A model generated the notes under the pieces. It saw nothing but the letters and a program-made list of their open reading frames with translations. It ran no database searches and was not told the DNA's origin. A DNA stretch of 64,000 nt from Patescibacteria group bacterium. GTDB lineage: Bacteria; Patescibacteriota; Patescibacteriia; 2-02-FULL-49-11. Each line of letters begins with the position of its first letter. Within the stretch, counting starts at the first letter, position 1. Positions 26,916 to 34,861 of the stretch are shown here, in pieces. A program made the translations under genes and the position numbers. The stretch is taken from NCBI GenBank assembly GCA_041645165.1, contig JBAZQN010000008.1, positions 2,374 to 66,373 on the forward strand, written 5' to 3'.

Positions 26916-28301
26916 ATGAAAAAAAGAAATTTGCGGAAATTTTGGAAATTGGGGAATGCCGACTATGCCACGAAGCATTTTGACGTGAATAAAGATGGCG
27001 AGCTTATCGTGCGCGAGGGTAACTATCAATATAATGTCAAAGATTTGTGCGATCGTTTTGGCACATCATTGGAGCTGTTATTTCCCCACGTGATTGAAGA
27101 GCGTCTTAACGAAACATTTGACGCGTTCCATGCGGCGATGCGAGCGCAGCGCTATCGGGGAAAATTTTTTTTCCATTACCCTATGAAGGCGAACCAAACG
27201 AAAGAATTTATACTTCCCGCTGTTTCAGAAGGCGCCCATCTTGAAACGAGCTCGGCGAATGAGCTCTGGATTGTCAAACGTATGTGGGAACAGGAGCAAT
27301 TTTCCACTAAAATAAAGGTATTGTGCAACGGTCCGAAAACCAATAAATATTTATCTTTGATTGAGGAATTGAAGCTCAAGAATTTGGATATTGTTCCCAT
27401 CGTAGAAAATTATTGGGAGTTTGAATATCTCCGTAGCTACCGCGGCGATATTGGCATCCGATGGGCACCTACCACCCGTATACGCTCACATTGGGACAAG
27501 CCGACCGATCAATTCGGTTTTCCCACTAAGGATTTGATCGGGCTTGGGAAGATAAGAAATCTCAAATTAATGAGTTACCACGCTGCCTCACAGGTAACGA
27601 GCGCACAAGATTTGATTACGCTTGCACGCGAGGCAATGGGGGTATACCTGCGGGTGAAGAAGAATAATCCAATGCTCGATGCGCTGAATATTGGAGGAGG
27701 GTTTGCCGTGCCGTATGAAAAGAAGAAAAAAATATACACTGTACAACAAGTAGCTCCGCGTATCGTACGGACGATTAAGTCTGCCGCAGAGCGCGGTGGG
27801 GTGCCACATCCGGATATCATTGTCGAGTGGGGACGGTATCTTATGGCACCAGCACAAATCACTGTTTATAAAATCATCGCCGAGAAAGAGATAGCCATCA
27901 ACGGTCATTCCAGGGATTCAAAACACTGGTACTTTATTGACGGAAGCATTATGAATGATTTACCGGATACCTGGGGAGTAAACCAGCGTTGGCATGTAAT
28001 TCCGATTAATTATATGGATGCAGTAAAATTATCACGCGTCTGGCTATCCGGATCAAGCTGTGATTCGGACGATAAGTACACCAATGGCGGTGAATGCGTT
28101 CGTTTACCGCGCCTGCAGGATCTGCGAGAAGGTGAGCCATTGTATGTAGCGGTGCTTGATACGGGAGCCTACCAGGATGCACTGGCGAGCCTTCATTGTA
28201 TGCTTTCAAGCCCTGAAAAACTCGTAATCCAAAACGGGGTTATCACTGTTGCGTGCAAACGCGATACGCCAGAAGAAGTGGGGATGAAATTTGGGTGGTA
28301 G
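26916..28301 (+). CDS. speA: Arginine decarboxylase (alanine-racemase fold, group IV)
   Basis: HYPMKANQ (PLP Lys), CNGPK, LNIGGG, EWGRY, LPDTWG, SCDSD, GAYQD. Confidence 0.85.
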   Translation: MKKRNLRKFWKLGNADYATKHFDVNKDGELIVREGNYQYNVKDLCDRFGTSLELLFPHVIEERLNETFDAFHAAMRAQRYRGKFFFHYPMKANQTKEFILPAVSEGAHLETSSANELWIVKRMWEQEQFSTKIKVLCNGPKTNKYLSLIEELKLKNLDIVPIVENYWEFEYLRSYRGDIGIRWAPTTRIRSHWDKPTDQFGFPTKDLIGLGKIRNLKLMSYHAASQVTSAQDLITLAREAMGVYLRVKKNNPMLDALNIGGGFAVPYEKKKKIYTVQQVAPRIVRTIKSAAERGGVPHPDIIVEWGRYLMAPAQITVYKIIAEKEIAINGHSRDSKHWYFIDGSIMNDLPDTWGVNQRWHVIPINYMDAVKLSRVWLSGSSCDSDDKYTNGGECVRLPRLQDLREGEPLYVAVLDTGAYQDALASLHCMLSSPEKLVIQNGVITVACKRDTPEEVGMKFGW

Positions 28302-28357
28302 TGCGCTCGGTTTTCATACCATCATGGCGTGTCATAAAAAAGAACAGTAGAGGAAAT

Positions 28358-29014
28358 TTATGAAGTTATGGACTTAATAACCGAAAAAGCTTGGTCTACA
28401 TCAGTATTCATGAAAAACATGTTTAATTCCCAGCCAATTGATATGACTTCGATGACACCTATTCCATTCCAGGCCAATGCTTTCAGTATTAAATAATACA
28501 CATCTGGTGGAGAAGTAAGGGTCATTTTTGTTGATAGTTTTATGGTGATTGAGGATAGATCTTTTACTTTTACTACATTCTTCTGATTTTTTAAGATTTT
28601 TTCTACATCTTTTTCTAATTCACTGCTTACGATAATAGTCGCTTCAGTAAGCCCTACTGATATATTGAAAAATGTATCTTTTTTATTCTCTGTCTTTTTC
28701 AGAATCTCTTGGTGTATATTGATAACACTCGGAGAATTGAGAAACATAAATTCGACAAGATTTGAGCGTACGGTAATGTTCTTTGAATCCTTCAATACTT
28801 CTACATTGGAAGTTGGCGGCTTTAATTTTCTTTTGATTCGGTGGAGGGCCATAGCTACCGCCTCCTCGGAAATTTCTTCGAGCAGTTTTTTCTCTATTTG
28901 AGGGCGCAGTTGCCTCGCTACTCCGGAAATATTTACCATATCTGCATACAGCACCTCCGACAAAAAGGGCGAACGGTCGATAAGGTCTTGTACAACTTGG
29001 GAAATGGTTGTCAT
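28358..29014 (-). CDS. HTH + ACT-domain putative regulator
   Basis: N-terminal NISGVARQLRPQIE...AVAMALHR; C-terminal ACT-like YYLILKALAWNGIGVIEVIS. Confidence 0.72.
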   Translation of the reverse strand: MTTISQVVQDLIDRSPFLSEVLYADMVNISGVARQLRPQIEKKLLEEISEEAVAMALHRIKRKLKPPTSNVEVLKDSKNITVRSNLVEFMFLNSPSVINIHQEILKKTENKKDTFFNISVGLTEATIIVSSELEKDVEKILKNQKNVVKVKDLSSITIKLSTKMTLTSPPDVYYLILKALAWNGIGVIEVISIGWELNMFFMNTDVDQAFSVIKSITS

Positions 29015-29021
29015 GTTGGAA

Positions 29022-29060
29022 TTATAACAATGTGTGATAATTTTGTCAATATTGTTATAA
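29022..29060. promoter_or_regulatory. Candidate operator in a divergent promoter region
   Basis: Perfect 10-bp inverted repeat TTATAACAAT-N19-ATTGTTATAA. Confidence 0.5.
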
Positions 29061-29134
29061 AATTTGCTTAATATAGTGAATCCTTATAAACTGTGCGTAG
29101 TTCTTTAAAATATGTTTAATTTAAGGAGATTTTC

Positions 29135-29737
29135 ATGGAAGGTTTCAGAGCGATCGTAGGCCCACTAGCGGGCGCGTTAGCAGCATTCGCAATCGCCCGA
29201 TATATATGGGCGATTTTCCAGACGATGAGGCTACCGTCTGGACAGAGAGTCACGCCGAACCGCGTGACGTGGGGAGTAATCTCTGTTATTGGCTGGACCT
29301 TTCTAGCCAATAACGTAGCTATGGGGGCGACCTACACTCTGTGGCTACCCATGGTGTACGCCATGGGACCAACAATAGTCGCTCTGATCTCAATCCGACA
29401 TGGGGTTGGAGGGCGAGATAAGAATGACATCGTTGCCGGAACCATCGCAGTATTAAGCCTTATACTGTGGTGGTGGCTAGGCCTTTCGGCGGGATTCGCC
29501 GCCAACTTGATGGCCGACATTGCGGCGATCTACCCGACCATCAGGAAGGCCTACCGTCAACCCGGAACGGAAGACCGCACAGCATGGGTGTGCACAACCA
29601 TTGGCTGCGTGATCAACCTGATGGCGGTTCCTGCTCCCTGGTCGGGAGTAGGTGCCTACGCTGCCTATCAGGTGGTCGCAAACGGGACCATCGCGGTTCT
29701 CGCGTTGCGACGCAAAAACGTGAAAAATACCAGCTAA
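29135..29737 (+). CDS. Multi-pass membrane protein (PQ-loop-like)
   Basis: About 7 TM helices, PNRVTW and IYPTIRKAYRQPGTED motifs; GC-richer than its flanks. Confidence 0.75.
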   Translation: MEGFRAIVGPLAGALAAFAIARYIWAIFQTMRLPSGQRVTPNRVTWGVISVIGWTFLANNVAMGATYTLWLPMVYAMGPTIVALISIRHGVGGRDKNDIVAGTIAVLSLILWWWLGLSAGFAANLMADIAAIYPTIRKAYRQPGTEDRTAWVCTTIGCVINLMAVPAPWSGVGAYAAYQVVANGTIAVLALRRKNVKNTS

Positions 29738-29859
29738 GTCTTTTAGACCTCGCTGGTATTACATTTTCAGGTAAGCAATTTTCCCCTAGATTTTGAAATT
29801 GATGAAGATTTTTGTTATACTGAGACTATCATTTGTTTAAACAATAATACAGAGGCCAT

Positions 29860-31119
29860 ATGAGATTAGGCGAATATCCAGCGCAAGATGTGAGAGATAT
29901 TCTTCTGCGTGCTCAGCAGGGGACTGAAGTCGTACTCACCCCTGATTCGAGATCATTAGTAGATTTTCACGCTCTCCTCATAAAAAAATTTAGACCCGGT
30001 GAAGTTGAGCCTCTTGAAGTTTTTCAGGATGAGATGAGCCGCAATCAAAATCAGGATTCAAATGTGCGCTTTATCGGTGTTGTAGCAAGAGATCCTTTAA
30101 ATAACGAGGTAATAAGCGGCGCGTATGGTTCTGTGCAAGACGGTATTTTGGCAATACGTTTTACTTTAACTGAAGGAGACGAGTATCTTGGTACCCCTGC
30201 TACTGAACAAGCGGAAAAACAAGGATACCAAGGCTTCAGTGCATATCGTAGTACTGGAGTAAGTCAGTGGGTGGATGAGCTTCTTGTAGAAGTAGCACGG
30301 GAGCAACAGAAACTAATGAATCCTGAAAAGGATTTAGTTGCGTTGGTGTGTGAAGCGGTACCAAAATCTCAACATTATTGGAATAAGTTAGAAATAGAGC
30401 CGGGTAATGGGATGAGAAGACTGTACAAGCCAGAGTCAGGAGAAGAAGTGCATTATGAATTGCCTCCACTTGCTTGGAATAAAGATGGTACGCCTGCTCA
30501 GGAAGGTATTACTGAGCATCTTCAAATCGCAGTAAAAGGCCACCAAGACAGTGTTCTCGTGTCAGAATTAGAAAAAATTCTGAAAGATTGGTGGAAAGCG
30601 TGGTATATTCGCCCACGAGACCAGTTTGAGAGCAATGAGGCGTGGGAGCTTCACAAAAGAACAGTCTGGAATATTCTTGAAAATAATATTATTGCTCCAA
30701 TACGCGACGCCGGAGAATTAAAATTAATAGCAAATGCAATTACAAGAAGCGAGCTCCCAAAATCAAGGCGTATTAATAGTTTAGATAAAGTTGTAGTTGG
30801 CGAAATTCTCTCAATCTCAAATCACCCGTATGCAAAAAGAATTCGAATTGCTCGAGTTAATGTCGGTGAGGAGACATTGCAAATAATATTTGGCGGACCC
30901 AATATTGGGAAAGTGGGTGACAAGGTGGCTGTGGCCTTGCCGGGAACTATGACTGACCATGGCAAATTAAAACCACAACATTTCCGACAAGAAGCTTCCG
31001 AAGCAATGATATGTTCTGCGGTTGAATTAGGATTTGTTGAAGGGGGTCCTGATGAGATTTTGATTCTTTCACATGATTCAAAGCCTGGTGCGTCCATATC
31101 AAAGCCGGAAAATGGATAA
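29860..31119 (+). CDS. Unknown (possibly GNAT-like) domain fused to a PheT/YtpR-type tRNA-binding OB domain
   Basis: C-terminal VVVGEILSISNHPYAKRI...QIIFGGPN...VAVALPG...SEAMICSAVELG. Confidence 0.75.
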   Translation: MRLGEYPAQDVRDILLRAQQGTEVVLTPDSRSLVDFHALLIKKFRPGEVEPLEVFQDEMSRNQNQDSNVRFIGVVARDPLNNEVISGAYGSVQDGILAIRFTLTEGDEYLGTPATEQAEKQGYQGFSAYRSTGVSQWVDELLVEVAREQQKLMNPEKDLVALVCEAVPKSQHYWNKLEIEPGNGMRRLYKPESGEEVHYELPPLAWNKDGTPAQEGITEHLQIAVKGHQDSVLVSELEKILKDWWKAWYIRPRDQFESNEAWELHKRTVWNILENNIIAPIRDAGELKLIANAITRSELPKSRRINSLDKVVVGEILSISNHPYAKRIRIARVNVGEETLQIIFGGPNIGKVGDKVAVALPGTMTDHGKLKPQHFRQEASEAMICSAVELGFVEGGPDEILILSHDSKPGASISKPENG

Positions 31120-31227
31120 GAAACCCTAAAATAATGTTATGTCTATTTCTCTTGACCTTTCACCACCGCAATATTCCGACAGAAGTGGATTGTGATCACA
31201 AGCGATTTAATTCTAAACTTATGCTAT

Positions 31228-32337
31228 ATGAATAAAGCAAAACTCAATAAACTATCTCATGGGCTCAAACAGTTGATTATCCAGGAATCAGGTGCTGGAA
31301 AAGTCGCTAAAGGCACATTAAGCGATTATATAAAACGAAGCAAAACGCCGGTAGTGGCATTAGCCGAGCGAACCTTAAATCATTGCAACGCAGGCGCCAC
31401 GCTCCAGGCTGCCCAATGGTTGAAGCAACATGTGGAAAATGGAGGCAAAATAGTAGTAACAATTGCAGGCGCACTTAGTTCATTTCAAATCGGCGTTATG
31501 CTCGCGGAGCTTATCCGGAAAGATAAAGTGCATCTTATATCAGCCACCGCCGCCAATCACGAAGAGTCTTATTATCGCTATGTCGCGCATTCGCACTATG
31601 CGTATATTCCTCGTTATACGGAATTAACCCCAGAGCAGGAAGCAGAATTGCGCGATGCGGGATTGCGGCGCATTACCGACACGTTTCTTCCGGAAGACGA
31701 GAGCGTCCGCATCATGGAGCCGCATTTGGTGAAAATGTGGAAAGAAGCGCAGGCGAAGGGCGAGCGTTATTTCCCCCACGAATATTTCCGTCGGTTGTTT
31801 GAGAAAAATCTTATTAAACCCGATACAGGCGCGAACCCTGACGATTGCTGGGCGTATGCGGCGTATAAAAAAAATATTCCCATTGTTATTCCGGGATTCG
31901 AAGATTCCACCATGGGTAATATTTTTGCGAGTTATACTTATGGCGGTAAATACCGTTTGAACAAAGATCCGCTTTTTGACCCCCACATCATCAAGACCGG
32001 CCTTGAATACTTTACCTGGCTCTACGAATGGTACATGGCGACTGCCAAAAAAAGCTCTCTCGCGTTTCTTCAGTTAGGCGGAGGCATTGCGGCTGATTTC
32101 CCCATCTGTGTCGTGCCGTCATTGATACATGACCTTCAGCTGCACGGGAAAGTCCGCCCCTGGGCGGGATTTATTGAAATTGGCTCTTCCCCAATGTCCT
32201 ACGGTTCGTACTCCGGCGCCGGTGGCAAGGAGAAAATCACCTGGGACAAACTTACTCCTGAAAGTTATTATCAGATCATCCAGAGCGACGCCACGGTCGT
32301 CTTCCCCTGGATTGCCGCAGTCTTGCTGGATTTATAG
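31228..32337 (+). CDS. Deoxyhypusine synthase-like protein (probable homospermidine synthase)
   Basis: AGALSS, ISATAANHEE, PGFEDSTMGN, GGGIAADFPIC, SYGSYSGA..EKITWDKL, IQSDATVV. Confidence 0.88.
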   Translation: MNKAKLNKLSHGLKQLIIQESGAGKVAKGTLSDYIKRSKTPVVALAERTLNHCNAGATLQAAQWLKQHVENGGKIVVTIAGALSSFQIGVMLAELIRKDKVHLISATAANHEESYYRYVAHSHYAYIPRYTELTPEQEAELRDAGLRRITDTFLPEDESVRIMEPHLVKMWKEAQAKGERYFPHEYFRRLFEKNLIKPDTGANPDDCWAYAAYKKNIPIVIPGFEDSTMGNIFASYTYGGKYRLNKDPLFDPHIIKTGLEYFTWLYEWYMATAKKSSLAFLQLGGGIAADFPICVVPSLIHDLQLHGKVRPWAGFIEIGSSPMSYGSYSGAGGKEKITWDKLTPESYYQIIQSDATVVFPWIAAVLLDL

Positions 32338-32384
32338 ACTTTGAATTACCCAAAGTAATGCACTTATTTGTATAAAATACCAAT

Positions 32385-32405
32385 TCGACTCAGCTCACTA
32401 TGACA
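32385..32405 (-). repeat. 21-bp dispersed repeat, copy A
   Basis: Reverse complement TGTCATAGTGAGCTGAGTCGA is 20/21 identical to 58759-58779. Confidence 0.75.
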
Positions 32406-32422
32406 TGAATCGCGAAACGTAA

Positions 32423-32758
32423 ATGACATCAGAAATCGCTTTAAAATTTATTTTCTTTGGCTTAATCGTCCTAGCGGTTGCTCTCGAAGTGACCGGTGAT
32501 ATTTTTTTCAAAAAATGGTCTATTGACAGTAGAAACGTTTTACTTTATTTTGGCCTTTTGATTTATTTTATTGGAACCATTTTTTGGGCGATTTCGCTGA
32601 AATATGAATATTTATCAAAAGCAATCTCTGTATTTACTGTTTTGAATTTAGTTATTGTTGCTCTTGTGGGCGTTCTCTATTTCAAAGAAGATTTGTCTTT
32701 GATAAATAAAATTGGAATCGGGTTAGGAATTTTGAGTGTTGTTCTTATTGAAATTTAA
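32423..32758 (+). CDS. SMR/DMT-family small transporter
   Basis: 111 aa, 4 TM helices, membrane Glu in ALEVTGD, LYFKEDLS. Confidence 0.82.
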   Translation: MTSEIALKFIFFGLIVLAVALEVTGDIFFKKWSIDSRNVLLYFGLLIYFIGTIFWAISLKYEYLSKAISVFTVLNLVIVALVGVLYFKEDLSLINKIGIGLGILSVVLIEI

Positions 32759-32768
32759 TGTGACAAAC

Positions 32769-33623
32769 ATGAGCAGTCAAAAAATTAAAATAGGCCTTGT
32801 GCAGATGCGCTGCAGTGAAAATAGCGTTAAAAATCTGGCTCATGCGATCGAGGAGATTAAGAAAACAGCGGACAGTGGCGCACAAATAGTATGTTTGCCA
32901 GAATTTTTTTTATCGAAATATTTTTGCCAAGGGCCGAAAGATGATAAAAATTTCAAACTAGCGGAACCGATTCCCGGACCGACCACTGAAGTGCTGGGGA
33001 AGCTCGCGCTTCAATATAAAATAGTCATACTCTGCTCATTGTTTGAACAAGCTGACAGAGGCAAATATTTTAATTCCATTGCGGTTATTGATACGCAAGG
33101 CAAAATCGCTGGTGTTTACCATAAAATGCACATTCCTTCAATCCCGTCGGGGCTTTACTCGGAGGATTATTATTTTCATAAAGGCGATAAAGGAGTCATC
33201 GTAGTTGATACGCCTTACGGTAAAATCGCGCCGTTGATTTGTTACGACCAATGGTTTCCCGAACTTGCGCGCATTGCAGCGGTGAAGGGAGCTCAAATCA
33301 TTTTTTATCCGACTGCCATTGGATGGCCGCACGATAATCCAAAATGGAAAAGACAAGCCGAACATGAAGCCTGGCAGATAATCCAACGCAGCCATGCAAT
33401 TGCCAATAATGTGTTTGTAGCGGCGGTCAATAGAATTGGCGTAGAGGGGGATCTGAAATTTTGGGGAACGTCGTTTGTAAGCGACCCGTATGGAAGAGTG
33501 ATTACTATGGCCGCAACAGACAAAGAAGAAAATGTGGTAGTGGAATGTGACTTAACTTTAATAGACAAAATGAGAAAAGATTGGCCCTTTTTGAAGGAAA
33601 GGAGAATTATGTGTGAAATTTAA
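32769..33623 (+). CDS. aguB: N-carbamoylputrescine amidase (nitrilase family)
   Basis: CLPEFF, YHKMHIP, ICYDQWFPE, YPTAIGW; adjacent to aguA. Confidence 0.92.
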   Translation: MSSQKIKIGLVQMRCSENSVKNLAHAIEEIKKTADSGAQIVCLPEFFLSKYFCQGPKDDKNFKLAEPIPGPTTEVLGKLALQYKIVILCSLFEQADRGKYFNSIAVIDTQGKIAGVYHKMHIPSIPSGLYSEDYYFHKGDKGVIVVDTPYGKIAPLICYDQWFPELARIAAVKGAQIIFYPTAIGWPHDNPKWKRQAEHEAWQIIQRSHAIANNVFVAAVNRIGVEGDLKFWGTSFVSDPYGRVITMAATDKEENVVVECDLTLIDKMRKDWPFLKERRIMCEI

Positions 33624-33696
33624 TTGTCAAATAAAGGTACATTATTTTCACGATCGTGAAAATAATTGCTCTTGTTAAAAATAACTCAATACCGAT

Positions 33697-34710
33697 ATGA
33701 GATATTTTATGCCGGCGGAATGGGAGCCTCATAAGGGTACGTGGATTGCCTGGCCGCATAACCGCGATCATTGGCCCGGTAAGTTCGATTCCATCCCTGG
33801 AGTTTTCGCTGAAATAATACAAAAACTTACAAAAAGTGAGAAAGTTTTTTTATTGGTGAACGACGATGCAATGGAACAAGAAGCTCGCCGTATATTAAAT
33901 GAAAAGAATACTTTAATGTCGCAGGTTGAATTTGTACAGATTCCCACGAATACCTCTTGGACGCGCGATTACGGTCCAATTTTTATCCGCGATACGCAGG
34001 GTAAATTAAGCGTTATGGATTGGATCTTTACTTCATGGGGAAATAAATATCCGCCGTTCGATCTTGATGATATAGTCCCGAAAAAAATATGTCAGCAATT
34101 CGAATTTTCGCTTATAGAGCCGGGCATAGTACTGGAAGGCGGGTCCATAGACGTAAACGGGAAGGGATCGTTATTGACTACCGAACAATGCCTTTTAAAT
34201 AAAAATCGCAATCCGCAGCTCAACCGCACTCAAATTGAAGTTAATTTAAAAAAATATCTCGGCGCTTCGAATATTTTGTGGCTAAAGCGGGGGATTGCGG
34301 GAGACGATACGGATGGACACATAGATGATTCAGCGCGATTTACAGATCCGTCGACTATTGTATGCGCCGTGGCGGAAAGCACAGATGATCCCGATTATGA
34401 TGTATTGCGGCATAATTATGAAGATTTAAATAAATTTCGTGATCAAGATGGAGAACCTTTTAGAGTAATTCCATTTCCAACCCCTGACCCCGTGATATAT
34501 GAAGGTCAAAGGCTTCCGGCGAGTTACATAAATTTTTACATCGCAAATAAGAGTGTACTTTTACCTACCTTTAGGTGTAAAAAAGATCAAGAAGCGCAGC
34601 GTATACTTCAAGAGCTTTTCTCCACTCGTTCCGTTATTGGTATAGATTGTACTGATCTTATCTGGGGTCTGGGGGCCATACATTGTTCAACGCAGCAGCA
34701 GCCTTTATGA
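33697..34710 (+). CDS. aguA: Agmatine deiminase
   Basis: MPAEWEPH, WTRDYGP, LEGGSID, DDTDGHID, ASYINF, GAIHCSTQQQP. Confidence 0.96.
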   Translation: MRYFMPAEWEPHKGTWIAWPHNRDHWPGKFDSIPGVFAEIIQKLTKSEKVFLLVNDDAMEQEARRILNEKNTLMSQVEFVQIPTNTSWTRDYGPIFIRDTQGKLSVMDWIFTSWGNKYPPFDLDDIVPKKICQQFEFSLIEPGIVLEGGSIDVNGKGSLLTTEQCLLNKNRNPQLNRTQIEVNLKKYLGASNILWLKRGIAGDDTDGHIDDSARFTDPSTIVCAVAESTDDPDYDVLRHNYEDLNKFRDQDGEPFRVIPFPTPDPVIYEGQRLPASYINFYIANKSVLLPTFRCKKDQEAQRILQELFSTRSVIGIDCTDLIWGLGAIHCSTQQQPL

Positions 34711-34861
34711 GCCATTTTGTCTGAAACGGCTCGAATGAATAGCTTAAATAATGAAATATAAATTACCTATCGTACATGGCGGTTTTTTTGTTTTTATGGT
34801 ACTCTGTGAGTGAAATTATTGATTAATGAGCCATTTGGCGCGAAATGGCTTGATTATAAAT

